A stretch of DNA of 64,000 nucleotides, from the IMG/VR virus record IMGVR_UViG_3300017770_000003. One strand, given 5' to 3'. Source of the stretch: a virus. Every line of letters begins with the position of its first letter. Within the stretch, counting starts at the first letter, position 1. The position numbers and the translations under genes were made by a program. This document shows positions 38,237 to 47,900 of this stretch, piece after piece. A model generated the notes under the pieces. The model searched no databases. It was not told where the DNA came from and saw only the letters and a program-made list of their open reading frames with translations.

Positions 38237-39092
38237 GACCCAACTGTTTATGGTATCTAGGAAGATTACAACTCCAGTAACTAGCTTTAGTCCTATCTTT
38301 TTTATTCTTACAATCATGTCTTTTAGCAAATGCTTGGGAGGCTTTTTTATTTCCGATTTTTGCTTTTAATCCACCTGACCCAAATGTAACTTTTTTAATT
38401 TTTTTAGTTTTAGGGTTTCTTACATAAACATAGTATGCTTTAGGACCACCACGTTTAGGTTTATTTAAAGGTGGGTTTTTCTTTTTCTTTTTAGCAGCTT
38501 CACTTATAATAGTTACTAACTCAGATACAGATGGGTTTTTAGGGCTAGCTAGTTTACCAAAAATCCCCTGATCAACAGATATACTAAGGGGATCTTTATC
38601 CGTAAGGGCAGATGAGAGGTAATCGATACTAGTATCTAATGCTTCAATATCCTCTTCTCTATCTTCACCATCGTTTCTAGAAGTTTGAAGTACTTTTAAT
38701 ATTCTTTGAAGAATTTCAGACTGTTTAGCTAATTGGATTTCAAGTTTTTTAGCTTCTATTTCATTTTCACTTAAAATGTAGGGTAAGTCAAGGGGTACTA
38801 TCTTACCTTCATACACTCCCTGACGACCCGCATCTGTGTGCATAAAATATTCGTCTGCTTCAGATAATTGTATTTTATCTAATTCCCATAATTTTCTAGT
38901 TTCAGCAAATAGTTTTACATGGGCATTAGAGCTGATTCTAAAAATAGATTCACCTAAAGGGATTTTATTATCTAAGTGGTATTGTAAATTTTCAGATACT
39001 TTAACCCCTTCATTAAGTTTAGTACCATCACAATCACCACAACCACAACCGCAGTCGGGTTTTCCAAATAGAAGTTCTTTAAGATTAATCAT
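38208..39092 (-). CDS. Mosaic protein (294 aa) with Cys-rich propeptide and basic C-terminal domain; candidate internal head protein
   Basis: MINLKELL..DCGCGCGDCDG.KLNE; LNKPKRGG.K.YYVYV.NPKT..IKKVTFG...RH.C..KKD.TKASYWSC. Confidence 0.7.
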   Translation of the reverse strand: MINLKELLFGKPDCGCGCGDCDGTKLNEGVKVSENLQYHLDNKIPLGESIFRISSNAHVKLFAETRKLWELDKIQLSEADEYFMHTDAGRQGVYEGKIVPLDLPYILSENEIEAKKLEIQLAKQSEILQRILKVLQTSRNDGEDREEDIEALDTSIDYLSSALTDKDPLSISVDQGIFGKLASPKNPSVSELVTIISEAAKKKKKNPPLNKPKRGGPKAYYVYVRNPKTKKIKKVTFGSGGLKAKIGNKKASQAFAKRHDCKNKKDRTKASYWSCNLPRYHKQLGLGTPASTYW

Positions 39093-39672
39093 TTGTTTTG
39101 TTGTTTTTATAGTCTTTAATATTTTGCCTATGCTTAATGAAATTAGTTCTCATTTCTGAAAGGAACATTTTACTATCTATTCCCCCTTTCCATCTTTCAA
39201 CTTCTCCCCTTTCAGAAACAAATTGTGTGTTAGACTCATTAATAGCTTCTAATAAATATTGCTCAAGATCATCTAAATATGATTCAGCGTTATTTGCTAC
39301 TATAGCACGTTCATACTCTTCATACTTACCATCAATTCTTAATTGATGTTCCATATCAATAACGCAATCAAAGCACATTTTATGTATTTTATACATTTTA
39401 GAATCGTTGCGTTTTTTCATTAAATTGCCACAACAGGGACAAAATAATGGTAAAATAGCTTCTTTTTTAACTTTATCAAGTTTAGTATAAGTTTGTTTTA
39501 TACCATTTTTAATAATCCACTTTTTACCTCCCTCTTCCCAAATATCACCTTCTTTATGGGTTTCCTGTTTAGAAGTATATCCTACTTGTAACTCTGCAGA
39601 TTCGCCTGTTTTACCTTTAATAAGGTTACGCATACGTTCTACATCTTTTCTTTTAAATTCTTTATTTAACAT
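39085..39672 (-). CDS. Conserved hypothetical protein (195 aa) with CPCC...CFDC putative Zn motif
   Basis: HKEGDIWEEGGKKW.IKNGIKQ; CPCC...MCFDC. Confidence 0.75.
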   Translation of the reverse strand: MLNKEFKRKDVERMRNLIKGKTGESAELQVGYTSKQETHKEGDIWEEGGKKWIIKNGIKQTYTKLDKVKKEAILPLFCPCCGNLMKKRNDSKMYKIHKMCFDCVIDMEHQLRIDGKYEEYERAIVANNAESYLDDLEQYLLEAINESNTQFVSERGEVERWKGGIDSKMFLSEMRTNFIKHRQNIKDYKNNKTND

Positions 39673-39688
39673 CGTTGTTTATATATAC

Positions 39689-39723
39689 AAAAAGACCCCT
39701 TCCTATTGTAGGAAAGGGTCTTT
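39689..39723 (-). terminator. Rho-independent terminator after the 86-aa gene
   Basis: AAAGACCCUUUCCU-ACAAU-AGGAAGGGGUCUUU followed by UU. Confidence 0.85.
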
Positions 39724-39749
39724 AATAAGCAAAATAAGATTTAATTAGA

Positions 39750-40010
39750 TTACTGAGCTCCAGTTCCTAAAGAATCTAATAAACCACCTACTGCACTTGT
39801 AGCACCTACTGTATCGACAATGGGTCCTGAAGCATTTCCCTTATAAGGGAGAGGTGCAGTAATAAGGAAGTGGGCTTCTTGAGCAGCTCCAACTACATTA
39901 TATGCAGTAAAAGGAACTTCAAGATCTTTGTTACCCGGGAGTTTTCTAGAGTGACGTGATCCGTCTAATCCAAACTCACCACTTTGAAATAATGTTAATA
40001 ATCCGGCCAT
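39750..40010 (-). CDS. Small Gly/Ala-rich protein (86 aa) in its own transcription unit
   Basis: Late motif upstream, A-rich leader, terminator downstream. Confidence 0.8.
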   Translation of the reverse strand: MAGLLTLFQSGEFGLDGSRHSRKLPGNKDLEVPFTAYNVVGAAQEAHFLITAPLPYKGNASGPIVDTVGATSAVGGLLDSLGTGAQ

Positions 40011-40057
40011 GATTGTTTTGTTTTTAAGTTGTTAAATTGCAATTGCAGTGATACATA

Positions 40058-40423
40058 TTAGGGGTTTGTAGGAGGAACATCCTCTACGTTAAAATGAAAT
40101 TTAATTGAAGGGTAAAAACGTCTTTCTCCTGGATCGTGCTCATAATAATTTGATTTTGATATAACTTCAAATTCTTTCTCTTCGGCCCAATTAATAACTT
40201 TTTCAAAGCTTCCATCAAATACTTCACTATTTCCTATAAAAGATATTTTACCATACCCTTTTCCTTTTAAGGGATCAGTATCGGGTCTATCGTTTCTAGG
40301 ATCATACATTCCCATTGTAATAGAAATGTTATGGCTAGATTTTAATTGTTCTAATTCAGATTTAAATTTTTGTTCTAAATCTTTATACTCAAATAGTTCG
40401 TTTAATATAGTTTTTAGTTTCAT
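40058..40423 (-). CDS. Hypothetical protein (121 aa) with MKLKTILNE N-terminus; candidate internal head protein
   Basis: ATGA-coupled to the 1045-aa gene. Confidence 0.75.
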   Translation of the reverse strand: MKLKTILNELFEYKDLEQKFKSELEQLKSSHNISITMGMYDPRNDRPDTDPLKGKGYGKISFIGNSEVFDGSFEKVINWAEEKEFEVISKSNYYEHDPGERRFYPSIKFHFNVEDVPPTNP

Positions 40424-43400
40424 TTTTTCTGGAAATCTGAGGATACACCTCCTGTTATAAATTTACCTGTCACTTTAAAGGGGCGATTTGATATTTTAGG
40501 ATCACGTATAACTACGCCTTCATGATCATTAACAGAACCCATAGGTGAGTCTAATACATCTAAAATTTCATCACCCAACTTCTCAGTTGCAAGATATGTT
40601 GTAGCTCCTTGGATAGCTTTTTGAATATCTTGCTCGTTATCAAATAAGTCGTCTATTGTTTCTCCGCCAAATACTGCGAAATACACTTGCTTACTTAGTG
40701 CTCCGACGTCCTTGGTGCCTCCCGTCTCTAAATTCATTTTAATGCGAGCATCTGCGGGAATATCGGTAACATCATTCAACCATTGGGCGAGTGATTTGGT
40801 TTTGGCGCCTTCTGCGAATTCAATTTTATATTGTTGTCCTAAAGCCTTTTTAAAATCTGGATCCTTAGTAAAAGTAGTAGGGACTGAACCATATATTTCA
40901 AACCCTTTCTTTTTAGCAAATGGTTCGAGTTTTTTAAGTAATTCATCCATATCACTTTGGGCAAAATTCTTTTCAGAAGTAATACGTTTTGTAAGTATTT
41001 TACGGGCTCCTTGTACTTCTTTAGTTTCTACACTTAATAAACCATGAATAGCTAAGAAATTTTTACCATAATCTTGAACGTTTGATTTACCTGAAACGTA
41101 TTCCATGTTGAACATAATATTAGGATCATCCCATAGACCTAATGCTGTAAGTTCTTCTTCTATAGTAGGTAGGGCATTATTAAAAATATCTATAACATCT
41201 CCGCCTGCTTTAATCATACCATGACCAGCACCAAATCTGTCTTCTAAGTCAGCTTTAGTAACGCCCTTTAAATCAAGTGCCTTTTTTGAGCCACGGTCCA
41301 TGGCGAACTCACGTTTACCTGCGTTATTTATTAATCTAATTGACGCATTTACGCCATCTATCTTGACACTACCTGGTGTTTTTTTCAAGCTATCAGCAGC
41401 TTGTTCAAATGATTTAATTAAATCTTTACCGGTTTTAACATTGGGTAAATCAAATGGGTGGGCCATATGTCCTGCGGCCCCTCCTTCGTTTAATATCTCT
41501 TCAGTGATTACATCTAACCACCATTTTTGTGAGAATAATCCTTCTTTTCTCATTCTTTGCGTTTTTCTTTTTGATGCTTCCTTGCGTTTAGTAATATAAT
41601 CTAATGCAGTTTTTAAGCGTTTTTTAACAGCGGGGTCTTTAGCTCTACCATATGCTGCTCTTACACGTTGGTGAATTAGGTTAATAATTTGTGATTGGCG
41701 CGCGTGTGATTTAGTTTTAAATGACTTTTTAGATAAAGTATCTACTATATCTTGTCTTGTACTAAATTTAATACTTACAGTATCTTTAGGATTTTCATCA
41801 GTATATAAACGCCTTCCACTACCTTTTGGTTTTTTACCTGTACCTGTTTTAGGGTCTTTTTCTTGTAAGTACCCCATTTTTTTAGCTTTTTTACGATCGT
41901 TAGTAAATGTATCGCTTGCTTTATATCTAACTTGGGATACTTGGTTTGCCTTATATGGTGGGAAATTTTCATCTACGGGTTCATAAGCGGAACCATAGGG
42001 GGCAGCTTTACCTTTATGTTTCTTTTGAGCTTTAGGGTCTATGTTTTCTTTATGAGTTGTAGTTTTCAGCGTCTTAGCTAATGTAAGTGCTTTATAATAT
42101 TTTTGATTTTTAGCACTCCTTTTATCCATTTTTTTAAGACGTGATAACTCTTTATTGATTAATGATAAAGGTATCTTTTCGCCTTTAGGGATATTTAAAC
42201 GTTTTCTAACTGTACCCTGTTTTAAATTGCCCGCTTTTTTACCTTTAGCAGCCATTTTTTCGTAGGTATCACCTTCTTTTAAATTAACCCCCGGTAGATT
42301 TTCTTGAGCGTAATTAGTCCAAGTTTGTCTTACAGTGTTAATTTCATCTTCACTCTTAAATTGATCTACAAAATCATCAAAAAATTCTTCAAATGCAGCA
42401 CTTAAACTAATTTTTTTAAATTTAGCTCTTTTATTTAAGCCTCTAACAAATGCTGGGGTTTCATGGTTTAAAATGAGATATTTATAAAATGGTATTTTAC
42501 CTTTATATTTTTCAAATGATTCTTTATTAGGAAAATTATATTGAGCTAAGTGTTCTAATTCGTGTCTTACTGTTTCTTTAATTTCTGCATTAAGGTCATT
42601 AAATGATTCAGGGAATGATTCGGGATTATAGGTAATTTTGATTTGTATATCATCCTCACCGGCATCACCTTCTATGGAATATGGGATTAACATTTTTTTA
42701 GGTATAAATTCTACACCTATATCAAAAAATATCACATATTCTGGTCCCTCTAACCAATATTCAGACCATTCTTTGTTTTTAAAAGACTTACCTAATTGGT
42801 CTTTAAATTCAGTAAATATAAGGCGTTGTATCTTTACAGTACCTTCATCATATTTGCTACCTTCATATAATTTTCTGCGTAATCCTTTGGTTAACTTATC
42901 AGGAATTTGATACATTTGGTCTCCTTGTTTAGAAAAGAATTTACGTAACTTTTTCATATTAGCCATATGTTTGGCCATTTCCTCTCTATTCATAGTACCC
43001 ATCATCATTTCATCTACCTTAGTAGGCATAGTACTATCTACTAGTTTAGTCCAAAGTTCTTCTTTAATTTCTTCGGGTAAAAATTCTGGAATATATTTAA
43101 AAAATTCTTTTTTATTATTAGATTTAATAATTTCTCTCATACGAGTACCTGAAATACCCCCGGCTTGTGGTGGAACTAATTCAATTTCTGCATTAATATT
43201 GCGAGGTTCAGCAAATTTAGGGATATTATTATAACGCCCATCTTTAGCATCTTTTTCACCCATACCTAAAATAACTGTAGATCCTTCAGGGGCTATTGTT
43301 TCTACAAAATCATACACATCTTTTACAGGAGAAGGTGATTGTGCTACACTTATAATTAATTTTTTAGCACGTGAGTCAGGATCAAACTCTTTATAAAAAT

Positions 43401-43557
43401 TCCATACTTCTAAAGCTAATTTAGACCCTATACCCTCTCTTTCTTTTTGCCCAATACGAACTATAACTTTATCGGCAAAATCCGCTAAATATTTTGCCAT
43501 ATTATAATGACCTAAATGAGGTGGTTTAAATCCACCCGGCAATAAAGCTATTTTCAT
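40420..43557 (-). CDS. Multidomain protein (1045 aa): HIGH-family nucleotidyltransferase, HExxH peptidase-like module, basic modules, C-terminal RNA-ligase-like nucleotidyltransferase
   Basis: PGGFKPPHLGH and ISGT.MR; RHELEH..HE.PA; VKIDG (motif I), HEGVV (IV), FKVT (V). Confidence 0.75.
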   Translation of the reverse strand: MKIALLPGGFKPPHLGHYNMAKYLADFADKVIVRIGQKEREGIGSKLALEVWNFYKEFDPDSRAKKLIISVAQSPSPVKDVYDFVETIAPEGSTVILGMGEKDAKDGRYNNIPKFAEPRNINAEIELVPPQAGGISGTRMREIIKSNNKKEFFKYIPEFLPEEIKEELWTKLVDSTMPTKVDEMMMGTMNREEMAKHMANMKKLRKFFSKQGDQMYQIPDKLTKGLRRKLYEGSKYDEGTVKIQRLIFTEFKDQLGKSFKNKEWSEYWLEGPEYVIFFDIGVEFIPKKMLIPYSIEGDAGEDDIQIKITYNPESFPESFNDLNAEIKETVRHELEHLAQYNFPNKESFEKYKGKIPFYKYLILNHETPAFVRGLNKRAKFKKISLSAAFEEFFDDFVDQFKSEDEINTVRQTWTNYAQENLPGVNLKEGDTYEKMAAKGKKAGNLKQGTVRKRLNIPKGEKIPLSLINKELSRLKKMDKRSAKNQKYYKALTLAKTLKTTTHKENIDPKAQKKHKGKAAPYGSAYEPVDENFPPYKANQVSQVRYKASDTFTNDRKKAKKMGYLQEKDPKTGTGKKPKGSGRRLYTDENPKDTVSIKFSTRQDIVDTLSKKSFKTKSHARQSQIINLIHQRVRAAYGRAKDPAVKKRLKTALDYITKRKEASKRKTQRMRKEGLFSQKWWLDVITEEILNEGGAAGHMAHPFDLPNVKTGKDLIKSFEQAADSLKKTPGSVKIDGVNASIRLINNAGKREFAMDRGSKKALDLKGVTKADLEDRFGAGHGMIKAGGDVIDIFNNALPTIEEELTALGLWDDPNIMFNMEYVSGKSNVQDYGKNFLAIHGLLSVETKEVQGARKILTKRITSEKNFAQSDMDELLKKLEPFAKKKGFEIYGSVPTTFTKDPDFKKALGQQYKIEFAEGAKTKSLAQWLNDVTDIPADARIKMNLETGGTKDVGALSKQVYFAVFGGETIDDLFDNEQDIQKAIQGATTYLATEKLGDEILDVLDSPMGSVNDHEGVVIRDPKISNRPFKVTGKFITGGVSSDFQKK

Positions 43558-43585
43558 TAAACTATAGTTTATTAATACATATTAA

Positions 43586-44506
43586 TTATTGATACAAGAT
43601 TTTCTTTTCTACTAAGCCTTGGAAAGTTAGTGGTTTTGCATTTTGTAGGATGTGTGTCATTTCAGTAAATCCTATTTCACCTGGATCTTTATCTTGGAGC
43701 TCTAATAAAAATATTTCTTTACCATATGCCATAAGTTCCTTAGCATATTTAAGGGAATCATTAATAGCATCCTGGTCTAGAGCAAGATATATTTGTTTTA
43801 CTTTACTTCTAACAAGTTCTTTATATAAAGTTTTACTAATACGTTTACCAAATAAAGGTATAGCGTTACGTTTAAGTGCTATAGCATCAAATGCACCTTC
43901 ACATAAAATTAAAGGTAAATTAAAATTAACTAACATATCAAACCCAATAATATCTTTTGATGTAGGGGGCAATTTATGTTTATGGTATGCATCTGGGTCA
44001 AATGAACGTCCAACCCAATAATTTAGAAAACCGTTTCTATCATAACTAGGGATAATAATAAAATTATTTAAAGGGCCATTTTCAATATACCCTATATTAT
44101 ATTTAACCACATCTTGGGCAGTAACCCCCCTAGATAACAAATAATGGTATGCCTTATCTCTAGTTAAGCCTTTACCTTTAATTAATGTAGTAAACCCTTC
44201 AGGTAATTGAAGTTGGTCTTTAGGTTTTTCTACCCGTTTGGTTTTAAAACTATACTGGGTATCAATACTCTGTAGTTCTTGAAACGCTGTATATGGGGCC
44301 TTAATAAATTTAAGGAGTTGTAACGCTCTAGCTCCCTTAAACCCACAAACCCAACATTGGTATTTTTGGGTTAATTTATTTAGGGTTAATTTTTTCTTAT
44401 GGTGATTACAGTTGGGACATGTAAAAACTGCTTCGTCTCCTCCTCGGGCTGTTTTGCTTCTTCCTAGGAGACTTTCGAGCAAATATACCAATTGATCTTC
44501 CTTCAT
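43586..44506 (-). CDS. DNA primase (Zn finger + TOPRIM), 306 aa; probable start MKEDQL
   Basis: CPNC...CWVC Zn finger; LCEGAFDA and LALDQDA TOPRIM motifs. Confidence 0.9.
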   Translation of the reverse strand: MKEDQLVYLLESLLGRSKTARGGDEAVFTCPNCNHHKKKLTLNKLTQKYQCWVCGFKGARALQLLKFIKAPYTAFQELQSIDTQYSFKTKRVEKPKDQLQLPEGFTTLIKGKGLTRDKAYHYLLSRGVTAQDVVKYNIGYIENGPLNNFIIIPSYDRNGFLNYWVGRSFDPDAYHKHKLPPTSKDIIGFDMLVNFNLPLILCEGAFDAIALKRNAIPLFGKRISKTLYKELVRSKVKQIYLALDQDAINDSLKYAKELMAYGKEIFLLELQDKDPGEIGFTEMTHILQNAKPLTFQGLVEKKILYQ

Positions 44507-44512
44507 GTTCCC

Positions 44513-44543
44513 AAGGTACAAAGGGGAGCTCAAATATCAAAAT
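44513..44543 (-). promoter_or_regulatory. Possible Bacteroidota-type promoter (TTTG-N19-TACCTTGG) for the primase gene
   Basis: Near-consensus -33/-7 elements a few nt upstream of the probable ATG. Confidence 0.4.
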
Positions 44544-44955
44544 CCTTCTTAAAATATCGTCCTTCAATGTTGTCGTTTAAATATTCATTACTTTCTAAAA
44601 CCTCTAAACTAAATAGATATTTATTTTCTAAATAAGTTAGTTCCTTTTTTGAGAAAGCTGGTTGGAGTATTTCACGTTTAAAATCAGCTTGATTACCTTT
44701 TTTAACTTCTTCCTTAATAAATTGGTGTGAACCATAATAGGTTTTCCAATCGCTTTCTTTTTGAACCATTTTAAATTTAGGTGGTCGACCTTTACCCTCG
44801 TGGAGTGCTAGTTCTTTTTTACCTAATTTTTTCTTTAAATTATATATTAGCGATTTTTTACCAATATATTTTTTACCAGTGGGGATGTGGGTTGTTTGAT
44901 AAACATACCCATATGTACCTTCTGGAAATTCTTCATAACTATTTGGTACTATCAT
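44530..44955 (-). CDS. GIY-YIG-like nuclease family protein (141 aa)
   Basis: YGYVYQTTHIPTGKKYIGKK...DWKTYYGS...ELTYLE...Y.N.NI. Confidence 0.7.
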   Translation of the reverse strand: MIVPNSYEEFPEGTYGYVYQTTHIPTGKKYIGKKSLIYNLKKKLGKKELALHEGKGRPPKFKMVQKESDWKTYYGSHQFIKEEVKKGNQADFKREILQPAFSKKELTYLENKYLFSLEVLESNEYLNDNIEGRYFKKDFDI

Positions 44956-47900
44956 GTATCGAATCTTACAATAAATGTGGTATCGGTTTCATCCGACATT
45001 TTAATTGGTTGACCTAATTTACCTATTACTAATAACTCTCCTTCTTCGTTATATAAACCAATAGTAGTTACATATGGTTTAAAATTTGAACCAGTTGCAA
45101 AATTAGCTAATTCTCCATCTTCTGTAGTATTTTTCTGTATTCTAGCTGAAGGATTTAGTGTAAAATTATACTCATCTTCTCCAACAGTACATTGATATTC
45201 ATGCTCAAATATTAAATGACTATTTTTAAACTGAAGGTTAAAATTATCTATATTACTATCTGTTACATAATTAACATTGGCAGTGGTATTTTCTAATAAT
45301 AATACTTCATTATCAACAGACATTGTATTAGAAGTGGCGGTATTTATATTAAATGCATTAGAATAGGCTCCTAAATTATTTAGAATACCACCTTCCATAG
45401 CATTATTAAAGCCACTTATTACATTTAATGAAGATGTATACTTGTAGTAATTATATTCATTATCTCTAGATCCTGTGATTTCACCACCATCTATTACTAA
45501 TATGGGAGAATTTAATTGAATAAGTGATGGATTTTGGACTGTAAATTCATCAGTAGAGGGTGGATTTTCCTCTATAGAGGTTGAAGTATAAGTTTGGGGG
45601 TTTGTACTACCCACATTAAATGGTGGTGTGTTATCTGATATTTTTAATTTAATTTTTACTAAACTAGATGAATCAAATAATTGACCCCCTGTGCGAACTA
45701 TACTATTTGAAGGTTTATATTCTTCTAAGGAGGCACTAGCTAACTTTAAAAAGTCTCCTACAGAGGCATTATCAGTATAATTAGGGACAAGATTATATAA
45801 CAAGAATTGGGATTTATATTCACCACCAGTGGTAGTATCTATAGTAGCTGATGCTGTTACCCATTGATTTTCACTACTGAAAATATTATTACTATCCGAT
45901 ATAAAATCGTAATTGTGGTCAAGTATATTACTTAAGGTTCCTTCGTCTTCTGTTCTGGCAATTCTCCAAATTAATTTATTACCATTAGTAAAATTATAGT
46001 TTAAAGACTGAGAAATTATATATCTTGAATTAGCACTAAAATCATATGTTTTTTCAACTACAAAAGGAACATTTATAAATGTGTTTGATTGAGTTGAAGG
46101 GGCCGAAGCTGTAATAAATAAATGTTGATCTATAGTAGCATATACAACATTAGTACTAGTACTTACTATACTAGCTGTAAGATTCCCTGTGGTGAAGGGA
46201 AAACTAGTATGGGGGCTTTGTATTTGGAGTTTATTATATGCTGGTAAAAAATTAGGTAATGTAGCTTCTTGATCAAGCACTTGGGTACTTGATGTAATAT
46301 AATATACACCTAATTGTGCAAAACTAGCAGATTCAGTTGAGGGAGTGGGTTTTAATGTATTACCATCCGACTCTACAGCATCTAATTCTATTTTCATAGA
46401 ATCGCCTGCTTTAAAATACCCTACTTCAACTGAATTATTTGTGGGTAATGTATTTGTATCATTACCAATAGGACTAGATGCCAATAATATTCCAGTGTGG
46501 GTAGATCCAGCGCCAAGAAGATTTATATCCCCAAATGAAGCAGTTACTAATGTACTTCCTGAGTATATTCTAATTCGAGGAAATGCTGAAGAAAAATTAT
46601 TACTGATATTTAACCCACTAAAGACATATATTCCATCTGCACTAGCTGTGGTTTCATAACTAGCACTAAGTTGAGAAGGTGTTGAAGGTACTGAACCAGT
46701 AGCCCCTATTTCTACTAAAGAACCTGTAGCATCTATAGTTAACAAAGGAAATTGTGAAACTATTTGTGTGGGACTAGTAACACTGGTTATATTAAAAGTA
46801 GAATTAGTATATTCACTTACTGGACCTAATGTATTCATGTAAGGAACAGGTTCATTTGTAATAAATGAAGTAGATGAACCTAAATTTGCTGTTGTTTGTG
46901 CTATTATAGATCCACTGATTTCTTTAACTCGGAAATTTTTAATGTAAAAACCTTCACCTGGACTAAAAGCTTGTAATGTATTTTCTGAGGAAGTATCAAT
47001 TAACTCTATTTTAGTACGTAAATAACTTAAATGAGTATTTATAGTACCATTACCATCTATATTATCAAGATCTATAAATTTAAAGAAAGAACCTGACACT
47101 GTTGCGGGACCATATAATGAACTTGTAATATTAGTAGCTACTCCTTGAAATACTCTCTCTAAAGTTATTTTTAAAGTTCCCTCAGTTATACTATTAAAAT
47201 TAGGACCTGTAGCTTGGTTAGAAGCACTAGTATGAATTTCATCTATTTGAACTGTATATTTTTTAGTTCGATCATTATCTCTATCATCTAATACTATAGA
47301 ATTATTTATTAAAGCTACTTTATTAAGTTTTCCTTCTTCAGGTAATTGGCTTATTACCTCAAGAGTAGCTTCAGTCATTTCTAATGAAGGATCACCCCCC
47401 ATATCTATAGTCATATCATATTCATCACTAGCAGATATAAAACGTGTCACTGTTAATGGAGTTACGCTAAGGGGGGTTGTAGCGAATGGTATAGTAGCAG
47501 AGTCACTTGCTATAACAACAGATCCCGAACGTATTTTATAAGTAACTTGTTTAAATGTCCCTGAATCACTATTAGTAAATTTAGGAGTCATTTTAAATGA
47601 AAGAGACGCATTAGATCCTTCGGGCACATCAACAATCTGAATATCAGCATTAGCATTAAGTAATGTATATCCTCCGTCTCTAAAATTTATAAATCCATTT
47701 CCCCCACCGGAGGTTCCACCAATAGGAATACCTATTCTAGTATCCCCATTAGCATTTATACCTGATACACCTACTGTGTTTTTTATAAACCCAAGATAAT
47801 TAGGCATATTGTTTAAACTTCCTGTTAGAACTAATCCATCAATAGCATAATTGTTTATATATAAGGCCCCTGAGTTTGCTGTGTTTTGATCGTAAGAAAA

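Noticed and set aside
32868-43557. Calling a known NAD-reconstitution (NARP) pathway
   Set aside because: No Nampt, Namat or PRPP-synthetase-like gene is recognisable. The kinase/nucleotidyltransferase link is kept only as a hypothesis.
44530-44955. Mobile homing endonuclease
   Set aside because: It has a GIY-YIG-like motif but is short, has no evident DNA-binding extension, and is ATGA-coupled in the operon. Mobility cannot be supported.
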